Source of the DNA: Mogibacterium sp.
GTDB taxonomy: Bacteria > Bacillota > Clostridia > Peptostreptococcales > Anaerovoracaceae
Length of the DNA: 64,000 bases
Direction: 5' to 3'
Assembly (NCBI GenBank): GCA_017431685.1
Contig: JAFRKO010000009.1
Coordinates: 152,286 to 216,285 of the forward strand
Part shown: piece by piece, positions 28,166-36,137 of the stretch
Layout: every line of letters starts with the position of its first letter
How positions within the stretch are numbered: the stretch's first letter is position 1
The notes under the pieces: generated by a model
Seen by the model: the letters and a program-made list of their open reading frames with translations, nothing else
The model's database searches: none
What the model was told of the DNA's origin: nothing
Made by a program: the position numbers and the translations under genes

Positions 28166-28207
28166 ACGGGACTCATGCAAAAGCATGGGTCTCGTATTTT
28201 CTTTTTG
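28166..28207 (+). terminator. rho-independent terminator of the STAND gene
   Basis: 13-bp stem ACGGGACUCAUGC/GCAUGGGUCUCGU (two G-U pairs), AAAA loop, then AUUUUCUUUUU. Confidence 0.7.
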
Positions 28208-28340
28208 CACAATTTCAGCTCAATTGAGGCTCAATGAGTTCTTCCTTTCTTTATTTTAGACTGACATCAGTCAAAAGGTGGTACCGGCCAGGTGCCGGAA
28301 ATATCAGAAGTCAATGCTGGAAAAGGAGGAAATCAAACTT

Positions 28341-29264
28341 ATGAAACGACTTTACAACACCATTATCATCGGCGTGGATCATGGGTACGGCAACATTAAG
28401 ACTGCAAATACCATCACGCCAAGCGCAGTGACCGCTTACGAATCAGAGCCCGTCTTCTCTGGGAATATCTTGGAGTACAACGGTATTTACTATCGTATAG
28501 GTGAAGGTCACAAGGAATTTGTCCCGGATAAAACCGGTGACGATGATTACTATGTTCTGACTCTCATGGCTGTAGCAAAAGAGTTGGAATTCCAGGGAAT
28601 ATGCAATGCGGATGTGCATATTGCCGCAGGACTTCCCCTCACTTGGGTACGCAGACAAAGAGAGTCCTTCCGAAGCTATCTGCTCAAGGAGCCCGACGTC
28701 AGGTTCCGCTTCAATGGCAAGGACTATCATATCCGCTTTACCGGATGCAGCTTGTACCCTCAAAGCTATCCTGCAGTCCTTGGCAGGCTCAGCGAATTCC
28801 GTGGCACCACTTTGCTCGCGGATATCGGCAATGGAACTATGAACATTCTCTACTTCAACGGCAAAAAGCCAGTTGAAAGCCGTTGCTGGACTGAGAAACT
28901 CGGTGTCCATCAGTGCATGATCGCTGCACAGAATGCAGTCTTGAATCAGTTCGGTGTAAAGATTGATCCTGTCATCGTTGAGCAGGTCATCCGTACCGGC
29001 ACTGCGGATATCGGCAGCAAGTACCTCAGCTGCATAAAAGATGTATGCCGTTGCTACTGCAGTGACATCTTCGATGCATTGAAAAGGTACGAGTATAACC
29101 CGGAGCTTATGCACCTGTATATCGCCGGAGGAGGCAGCACTCTTATCAGCCACTTCGGGGAATACGATGAAAAAGCCATCACTGTTATCAGTGATCTCTG
29201 TGCAACAGCCAAAGGTTATGAACTTCTTGCATTCGAAAGCCTTTGCAGAAAGGAGTGCAAATGA
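28341..29264 (+). CDS. parM: ParM/StbA-family actin-like plasmid segregation ATPase
   Basis: IIGVDHGYGNIKTA and LLADIGNGTMN phosphate-binding motifs. The ATG at 28341 has an AAAGGAGG SD. Confidence 0.85.
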   Translation: MKRLYNTIIIGVDHGYGNIKTANTITPSAVTAYESEPVFSGNILEYNGIYYRIGEGHKEFVPDKTGDDDYYVLTLMAVAKELEFQGICNADVHIAAGLPLTWVRRQRESFRSYLLKEPDVRFRFNGKDYHIRFTGCSLYPQSYPAVLGRLSEFRGTTLLADIGNGTMNILYFNGKKPVESRCWTEKLGVHQCMIAAQNAVLNQFGVKIDPVIVEQVIRTGTADIGSKYLSCIKDVCRCYCSDIFDALKRYEYNPELMHLYIAGGGSTLISHFGEYDEKAITVISDLCATAKGYELLAFESLCRKECK

Positions 29265-29671
29265 ATCCGGATATCAAGACTACCAATGTCCGTTTCAATC
29301 TGGACAAGGACGACCAGCGCAGAGCCTGGGAATACCTGCAAAGCATGGATAAACGGGTATTCCGCTCATACAGTCATGTGATCTCGCTTGCTCTGCTGGA
29401 CTATTTTGACCGTTATTACAGATTGCAGGAAGATCCATATTTCGAGACCCGCGAGCGTGAGGAAAGATTCGTACAGGAAATCGTGGATGCTGTAAGTGAG
29501 TCGCTGAGGCAGACATTACCGCTGTTCCTGGCAGGCTGCATGACAGGCTTATCTTCCCTACAGCCTGCATCTGATCCTACATTGCAACTAGCGCAGTCTG
29601 AGACCATTGCAGCTGAAGCACCTGAGGAGACAATGCCCGAGGACATCGACTGGGATTTCCTCGGCTCATGA
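29261..29671 (+). CDS. putative ParR-like centromere-binding adaptor (RHH-like N-terminus)
   Basis: ATGA overlap with the parM stop. It occupies the position of parR in type II partition loci. The N-terminal TNVRFNLDKDDQRRAWEYL resembles the strand-helix of an RHH fold. Confidence 0.5.
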   Translation: MNPDIKTTNVRFNLDKDDQRRAWEYLQSMDKRVFRSYSHVISLALLDYFDRYYRLQEDPYFETREREERFVQEIVDAVSESLRQTLPLFLAGCMTGLSSLQPASDPTLQLAQSETIAAEAPEETMPEDIDWDFLGS

Positions 29672-30117
29672 TCAGCGTAGCTGAGAAAAGCTAGGGCCGG
29701 TATCAAATCACAGCTTGTCTGATACCGACCAAATATCTAAAAACGGCGAAATATATATCAAGGGTTGCGCAGATAAACGGTTTCACAGCAAATGATATCA
29801 CAAAAGATGAAAAGTCATATCACTTTAGTGACAACGGCAGCAAAGATCGCGGGCAGACCTGCAGAAGAGCAGCAAATGCACTAAAAGCTACGCCTGACGC
29901 GAGGCACTTAAGTGGAAAACGCATTCAGCCTAGCAGCAACTGCATATGAAATCAACTGAAAAAACTGCCGCATGGGGGTCTGGAGCGTTGGAACAAGCAC
30001 TGCATTCCTGCTCCTACTGGCCGGAATGCGAACCTGGTGGCAGCCCCCAGACCCCCGGCTGAAGCCGATCAAACAAGATACTACACAAGTTATTTCAAGA
30101 AAGGAGACAACATAATA
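29672..30117. other. non-coding region upstream of mobC, candidate oriT
   Basis: 446 nt without a credible ORF. Inverted repeats: GGCCGGTATCA/TGATACCGACC (about 29694-29729), the palindrome CACTTAAGTG (about 29905-29914), and GGGGGTCTGG (29974-29983) with CCAGACCCCC (30047-30056). Confidence 0.35.
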
Positions 30118-30444
30118 ATGATGCGAAGAGATATAAAAAAGAGTTTCTGGGTGAACAGCGAAGAAGACCGCGATATAAAAAACAAGTCGCAGGCAGCCGG
30201 TCTGACCGAGGCTGAATTTCTCCGGCAGAGAGCCAAAGGCTATCACCCGGTCGTAATGCCGGACGAGGTCTTCTGGAAGACCATGGAAAGCATCCGCGAA
30301 TTCGCCGACAAGATCGATGAAGTCGCGATGAACGCAGGCAACCAAGCTGATATGATCGCGATCATGGCGGAAGCCATGAGATGGAGAGCTTTCCAGAACA
30401 GTATCGAGCAGGAGATCCTCATTCCGAAAAGAGGTGATAATTGA
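30118..30444 (+). CDS. mobC: MobC-family relaxosome accessory protein
   Basis: KSFWVNSEEDRDIKNKSQAAGLTEAEFLRQRAKG pattern. AAGGAG SD. Confidence 0.85.
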   Translation: MMRRDIKKSFWVNSEEDRDIKNKSQAAGLTEAEFLRQRAKGYHPVVMPDEVFWKTMESIREFADKIDEVAMNAGNQADMIAIMAEAMRWRAFQNSIEQEILIPKRGDN

Positions 30445-31784
30445 TGGCGGTAACAAAGATATGGAATATACGGGGCCGGGCGGAAAGTCCGCTTGAGTAT
30501 ATTACCAATCCCGAGAAGACTCTGCGTGAGTTCACAGAATCCGAAAAGCAGGCTCTCGCTGATGTGATCGCTTATGCAGCATGCGAGGAAAAGACAGAGC
30601 AGCTCTTCTACACGACTGGGATCAACTGCAGCGTGGAGTTCGCCCGCGACCAGTTCAACGCCAACAAGATAAGGTTTGGCAAGACCGGCGGGAATGTTGC
30701 GTATCACGCTTATCAGAGTTTCCGCGAAGGGGAAGTTACACCTGACGAAGCTCACGCTATAGGAGTACAGCTTGCGAAGGAATTGTGGGGCGACCGCTTT
30801 CAGATGGTGGTCGCCACCCATGTCAACACAAAATGCGTTCATAATCACATAGTGATCAACTCGGTTTCATTCAGAGACGGGCTGAAATTCCATGACTGCA
30901 AGGACACTTACAGACAGCTTAGGGAAGCATCCGACCGCATATGCCTCGAACACGGCCTGTCTATAGTTGAAAATCCCAAAGGCAAGGGTGTGAACCAGTA
31001 TGTCTATAAAATGGAAAAAGCCGGAATGCCTACGAGGTACAACGTAGCACGCCAGGCAATAGACGAGGCGGTCTTTCTCAGCCTGAACATAGAAGAATTC
31101 AAATATGAGCTCAGGAAGCGCGGTTACAATTACCGTTTCGATCCGCAAAGGAAGTACTGGACGATCACACCGCCCGGCGGCAGGAAGCCGATACGTATCC
31201 ATAAGCTCGGGGACGATTACACCAGAGAGAGTATAGAGCGGCGGATCTATGACAATGATCCGTCTGTACGGACAGAAAGGCTGCGGCAGCAATACCGCCA
31301 GCCAAACAATTATAATCTCCGCCGGCGCATCGACCGTATCATGGGACGCAGCGGACTTGAGAAGCTTTATCTCAGATACTGCTACGAGCTCGGCTACCTG
31401 CCGAAGTATCAGCAGAACCCGACAAAGCTCCATATTCTCCTGAAGGAAGATCTCCTGAAATGCGATCAGTACTCAGAACAGGCCAAGCTCCTGTCTAGGT
31501 ACCACGTGGACACTGAAAAGGATCTATCGGATCTTATGGATAATATCGGTGACAGGATGAAAGAACTCAGCCTTGACAGGGATGAACTCAGACGAACAGC
31601 ACGCCGCGTGCTACCGGAAAGCGAGATCAACGAAGCGAAAGACAGGATCAAAGATCTCACCGCTGAGATTAGAGAACTCCGCCATGAACTGAAGATCTGC
31701 GGAGATATACAGCAGCGCTCCGGCCATGTAAGAGAGAATCTTGCGGTCATTGACAAAGACAGGACGCGTGAAAGAGTACGTTAA
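30444..31784 (+). CDS. relaxase/mobilization nuclease (MobA/VirD2-type)
   Basis: AYHAYQSF and THVNTKCVHNHIVINSVSF (histidine triad region). TGATG overlap with mobC. Confidence 0.9.
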   Translation: MAVTKIWNIRGRAESPLEYITNPEKTLREFTESEKQALADVIAYAACEEKTEQLFYTTGINCSVEFARDQFNANKIRFGKTGGNVAYHAYQSFREGEVTPDEAHAIGVQLAKELWGDRFQMVVATHVNTKCVHNHIVINSVSFRDGLKFHDCKDTYRQLREASDRICLEHGLSIVENPKGKGVNQYVYKMEKAGMPTRYNVARQAIDEAVFLSLNIEEFKYELRKRGYNYRFDPQRKYWTITPPGGRKPIRIHKLGDDYTRESIERRIYDNDPSVRTERLRQQYRQPNNYNLRRRIDRIMGRSGLEKLYLRYCYELGYLPKYQQNPTKLHILLKEDLLKCDQYSEQAKLLSRYHVDTEKDLSDLMDNIGDRMKELSLDRDELRRTARRVLPESEINEAKDRIKDLTAEIRELRHELKICGDIQQRSGHVRENLAVIDKDRTRERVR

Positions 31785-31801
31785 AACCACAGGAGGCTTG
31801 G

Positions 31802-33223
31802 ATGACAGAAACCACAACAGATACTATATATAATGACAATTCAGATCTCAGCAGTAACGAATCGCTTACAGGATCAGGAGACTGGACAGATCAGCTAACG
31901 CTGAACAAGAACGGCAGAGCCTGTAATACACTCTGCAACATGCGGCTGATCCTTGAAAATGATGAGGATTTCCGGGGCATCGTATTCAATCAGCTTGCTG
32001 ACGATCTTGAGATCAGAGGCAGTGTTCCCTGGAATCATAATTCAAAGTACTGGCGCGATGTGGATGACGCGCAGCTCATGTGCCTCGTTGATGAACGCTA
32101 CGGCAGCTTCACCCAGAACAACTACCGCACAGCGCTGTCAAAGGTAACAGACGACAGATCATACCACCCTGTCAAGGATTATTTCGAATCGCTGCCTGAA
32201 TGGGACAATAAGCCACGAATCGACACTTTGCTCATCGATTACTTCGGCGCAGACGATACTCCTTATGTCAGAGCGGTGACAAGAAAAATGCTCTGCGCTG
32301 CTGTCAGCAGGATATATAAGCCCGGGATCAAGTTTGACCATATACTTGTTTTCAATGGTCCGCAGGGTATCGGCAAGTCCACATTCATCTCAAAGCTCGG
32401 GATGGAATGGTACTCCGACAGCCTCAGTATTTCCGACATGAACGATAAGACGGCAGCAGAAAAGCTTCAGGGTTACTGGATACACGAGATCGGCGAGCTT
32501 GCCGGAATAAGAAAGGCTGACATAGACAAGGTCAAGGCATTCATCTCGCGGCAGGATGACAAGTACAGGGCTTCATACGGTCGCAGGGTCACCCCTCACC
32601 CAAGGCAGTGTGTGTTCTTCGGAACCACGAATGCAGAAAGTGGCTTTCTTAGAGACATAACAGGTAACCGCAGATTCTGGGCAGTCAGGACTCCCGGTAC
32701 AGGTATCTTAAAGCCTTGGGATCTCACGCAGGATGATGTCGATCAGATATGGGCTGAGGCTCTTTACCTTGCCGGTCAGGGTGAAACTCTGTTCCTCTCA
32801 CACGAGTTGGAAGAATCAGCCAGAGCCTGCCAGGCTGCTGCTATGGAACATGACGACAGAGAAGGTCTTGTCACAGACTACCTTGACCTGCCGCTGCCCG
32901 GAAACTGGAATGAAATGTCTCTTTACGACAGACAGGATTATGTTCAGAGTCAGGGATCGCTTTATAGCGGCGAGGACGTCAGAAGAAGAGATTACGTATC
33001 CAACATAGAGATCTGGTGCGAATGCTTCTGCAAAAACAAGGCTGATTTCCAGCATAAGAACAGCTTTGAAATCAGTGCCATAATGACGCGTATAGACGGA
33101 TGGGAGAAGACCGGCAGGACCATGTGGCTCCCAATCTATGGAAAGCAGCGGATCTACAGACGGAAAAGAGAGAACGACTCTTTGGAACAAACTACGGAAC
33201 GATCTGCGGAACAAACGTTATAA
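31802..33223 (+). CDS. VirE/VapE-family P-loop protein (primase-helicase-like)
   Basis: VFNGPQGIGKSTF Walker A within a typical VapE context. AGGAGG SD. Confidence 0.85.
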   Translation: MTETTTDTIYNDNSDLSSNESLTGSGDWTDQLTLNKNGRACNTLCNMRLILENDEDFRGIVFNQLADDLEIRGSVPWNHNSKYWRDVDDAQLMCLVDERYGSFTQNNYRTALSKVTDDRSYHPVKDYFESLPEWDNKPRIDTLLIDYFGADDTPYVRAVTRKMLCAAVSRIYKPGIKFDHILVFNGPQGIGKSTFISKLGMEWYSDSLSISDMNDKTAAEKLQGYWIHEIGELAGIRKADIDKVKAFISRQDDKYRASYGRRVTPHPRQCVFFGTTNAESGFLRDITGNRRFWAVRTPGTGILKPWDLTQDDVDQIWAEALYLAGQGETLFLSHELEESARACQAAAMEHDDREGLVTDYLDLPLPGNWNEMSLYDRQDYVQSQGSLYSGEDVRRRDYVSNIEIWCECFCKNKADFQHKNSFEISAIMTRIDGWEKTGRTMWLPIYGKQRIYRRKRENDSLEQTTERSAEQTL

Positions 33224-33288
33224 CAGACCTCAGTAAGAATGTATGCCTCTATTCCGGGTATGCGATTCTGATTGCATAGCTGCGGAAT

Positions 33289-33996
33289 TCAGATATCAAG
33301 AATATACATCCCGCTTACATTGATCAGCTGTGTTCCCGATGGATGCTCTGACACTCGTCTTATCCTGGCATATTCCATGTGAACGTGTCCGTAGCAATGA
33401 TACTTTGGTCTGAAATCCGAGAGAAATCTGTTAAAACAACTGAATCCCGTATGTGCCAGGTCACCGAGATCGCCATAACCTCTGCACGGCGCATGCGTAA
33501 GGAAAATATCTACAGGCGCGCCTGACGCATCCCGTCTGGCGTGCTTTTTTTCACTGTGATTTATAAGGCCGAGTTTTATTCTCATACTGAGTCGGCGCAC
33601 GCGGGATGCCATTTCTCTTTCAGAATACATATCCCTGCCTTCACTATAGCGCATCGAACCACCGAGGCCGGCTACTCTTATTCTCCTGACATAGGCGCAG
33701 CCTTCACTATTATCTGCATCCGTGCTATGAACAGGCTCGCAGATCTCTGCTTCAAAAATCTTCCCGTCGATATCGATACAGCCCTCAGGCGGCATCTGGT
33801 CATACCGTCCGTCATGGTTCCCTCTGACATACAAACAAGGAACATTGAGCATCGTGACCAGAAATTCCAGATATTCAGGCCGGATATCTCCTGCGGACAG
33901 TATAAGTCTGACCCCTTCAAGCCTTTTGCTGCCCAATGCGCCCCAATGATCCCACAATTCTCTAAGCTCGTGGTCTGCAATCAGAAGCACTTTCAT
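33289..33996 (-). CDS. calcineurin-like metallophosphoesterase
   Basis: SAGD, RGNHD, THAP and GHVH motifs in the canonical order. Confidence 0.85.
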   Translation of the reverse strand: MKVLLIADHELRELWDHWGALGSKRLEGVRLILSAGDIRPEYLEFLVTMLNVPCLYVRGNHDGRYDQMPPEGCIDIDGKIFEAEICEPVHSTDADNSEGCAYVRRIRVAGLGGSMRYSEGRDMYSEREMASRVRRLSMRIKLGLINHSEKKHARRDASGAPVDIFLTHAPCRGYGDLGDLAHTGFSCFNRFLSDFRPKYHCYGHVHMEYARIRRVSEHPSGTQLINVSGMYILDI

Positions 33997-34015
33997 AGTC
34001 TTTCCTCTCAGTCCC

Positions 34016-36043
34016 CTACTTGATTCCGCTCACACTGACTGTCGCTTTTCCCTCATCGGTGAGAGCCTCTGCAACTGGAATCTCGCCGCAGATGTTCTCA
34101 TTGAGCCAGTCCATAGTTATGATATCCATGCTTGACAGCGGTTCGTCATCTGCTTTCCTGACAATGCCAGTCTGACTGCGCAAGTCACCGTCAAACGGAT
34201 TCATAGCGCCACAGATGATATCCGATTTCAGGATATCCACCAGCTGTTTTGTATAAGGTGAGATCTCATCTGAGAGTTCGATATCTACCACACCGGAAAT
34301 CATTCCCCACCAGTAATTTGTGGCCTGGTCCTTCTTATCCACAAGCCTGGCGTTGTACGTACCATCGATTATTGTTTTGACAATGATTTCATACAGCTTG
34401 CCCCACTTCCAGATCGGTGCGGCAAGGTTGGTGATGCGGCATGTACCGGACAGATCGGTGCCCTCTCCAGGAGCGACCCGCTCCACGTAACACACCCCGT
34501 ATGCATTGCTTCCGTCTGTATTATGAGTTGAGTCGATCGCAGAGATTACATGGATCCCCTTGTCGACCATCGACCACCACCAGTTACTGTCCTGCTTGGC
34601 CGACCACTCAAGGTCTATCTGTACAACCGGGTCTGCCATCGCAGCGCCTATGGCAAAAGCATTGATCCCTGCGATCGTTCCGTATATCGGGTAGTCCGAG
34701 CAATATCCGATCCTGTGGCTCCCATCCGAAGCCGCTGCAGCACCGGCCACGATTCCTGCGAGGAATTTTGCCTCATACAGCTTGGCATAATAAGTCCTGA
34801 CCGCCTGGTGCGTGAGATTGATCGAACAATTAAGGAACTTAACATCCTTGTAACGGATAGCCGCGCGCAGAGCATCATCAATCTGCTGTACTGATGTTGT
34901 GAATACCACATCTGCGCCCCAAGATACAGCAGCAGCGACAGCCTCCTCAAAGCTCCCTGCTGACTCCGGTGAGCCTTCGATGTTCTTTCCGTCTGCAATG
35001 AACCTTGCAGTCTTAACCATGCCGCCGAATGACTCTTCGAGCCTGAGCCTGCCTGCCTCATGATTATATATCCAGTTGGAGTGCTCCGGACACCTGTTAT
35101 AGATGAAGGCAGCCTTGAGAGGATTATTCACTGAATAGCTGATGCCAGGCAGCACTTTGCTCACAAGTGAACCCGGCCCGGCAATTATCTTCTCTGCTTT
35201 ATTAATTAAGTTGCCTGCATTGAGAACTTCATCGGATGATTCGACCAGAGACACCTTGTCATTGTTGTGCTGTGTATAGAGTTCCTTGGTTATCTGCCTA
35301 AGCCTCTGCCCTACTTCTTTCTCGCTGCCGTCATACATCGCGTCGCCTCTGAAAATTCTCAGATAAACAACGAACGCATCACCCATTGTCATTTCCGGCA
35401 GCTTTTCGGACAGTTCTGATGTGACTTTTGCAAAGCTCCAGTATACCGCCTGCAAATGTCTTACCTTGTCCATAGGCCATGGCTTATCCAGACTGATACC
35501 TGCTATCTCCGCGATTTCTTTATATGCTCCCGGTCTTGTGCACTCCATATCATAGACAGGCACAGCTTTGAAAAACTCCAGGAATTCAGCATAAGCCGGC
35601 TCGGTCTGAAGCACATCTGCTGTCGGTATTATCCTTGTGACATCTGCCATTATTGCAGGCATATCGAGGAATCTGCTCACCGATACCCTCTTGTTTCCCT
35701 CAAGTACATAGAATCTGTGCAGATACTCATAGACCCTTATCGGATCATTGAACCCTTCTTTTATCTGCGCCTCGACAAGATTGCTCCATTTGTAAGAAAA
35801 CTCTGTGTTTATATCGAGAAGCGGCATGAAATTCGGCGCAAAAGAATTCTGTCTGGCAAGAGTTTTAGTTCCTGCGATCATTTCAACAGGAATCTCCATC
35901 AGCCCGAGTGACTGCTGCTGCAGTGTTCCATTTTCCGGAAGTATATCATCAAGCGCTGCAAGATACGGGTATTCTCCCCTTGCAAGTCTTACTTTATATT
36001 CTTTTTCTCCGGCCTTTCTGGCCTTAAGATATTCTTCATTCAT
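34016..36043 (-). CDS. cytoplasmic fusion protein: ParB/Srx-like N-terminal domain plus a BMP (PnrA-like) periplasmic-binding-protein-fold domain
   Basis: No signal peptide or lipobox. N-terminal IPVEMI...DPIRVYEYLHRFYVLEGNKRVSVSR resembles the ParB/Srx core. The C-terminal half matches the BMP family pattern (ADVVFTTS..., KFLAGIVAGAAA, GINAFAIGA). Confidence 0.7.
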   Translation of the reverse strand: MNEEYLKARKAGEKEYKVRLARGEYPYLAALDDILPENGTLQQQSLGLMEIPVEMIAGTKTLARQNSFAPNFMPLLDINTEFSYKWSNLVEAQIKEGFNDPIRVYEYLHRFYVLEGNKRVSVSRFLDMPAIMADVTRIIPTADVLQTEPAYAEFLEFFKAVPVYDMECTRPGAYKEIAEIAGISLDKPWPMDKVRHLQAVYWSFAKVTSELSEKLPEMTMGDAFVVYLRIFRGDAMYDGSEKEVGQRLRQITKELYTQHNNDKVSLVESSDEVLNAGNLINKAEKIIAGPGSLVSKVLPGISYSVNNPLKAAFIYNRCPEHSNWIYNHEAGRLRLEESFGGMVKTARFIADGKNIEGSPESAGSFEEAVAAAVSWGADVVFTTSVQQIDDALRAAIRYKDVKFLNCSINLTHQAVRTYYAKLYEAKFLAGIVAGAAAASDGSHRIGYCSDYPIYGTIAGINAFAIGAAMADPVVQIDLEWSAKQDSNWWWSMVDKGIHVISAIDSTHNTDGSNAYGVCYVERVAPGEGTDLSGTCRITNLAAPIWKWGKLYEIIVKTIIDGTYNARLVDKKDQATNYWWGMISGVVDIELSDEISPYTKQLVDILKSDIICGAMNPFDGDLRSQTGIVRKADDEPLSSMDIITMDWLNENICGEIPVAEALTDEGKATVSVSGIK

Positions 36044-36137
36044 AGTAATTCTGCTCTTGTTTGCATATGACGGTTCTTATACGTGTACTTAGATGCTCAT
36101 CGATCCTTTCAATGATACATAGCAATTGTAATGACAT

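Larger units (their letters stand above)
22072..33260. mobile_element. integrative mobilizable element (~11 kb), boundaries approximate
   Basis: A contiguous module of large serine recombinase, ORF6N, XRE, STAND cargo, ParM/ParR, MobC, relaxase and VirE-like primase/helicase. I could not identify att sites. Confidence 0.6.

Noticed and set aside
28443-29153. 236-aa ORF on the minus strand
   Set aside because: It is antisense to parM, whose actin-fold motifs and SD are clear. No family resemblance.
29908-30848. Two overlapping minus-strand ORFs (182 aa and 201 aa)
   Set aside because: They are antisense to mobC and the relaxase 5' end. They have no SD and no recognisable motifs. The plus-strand genes have motifs and translational coupling.
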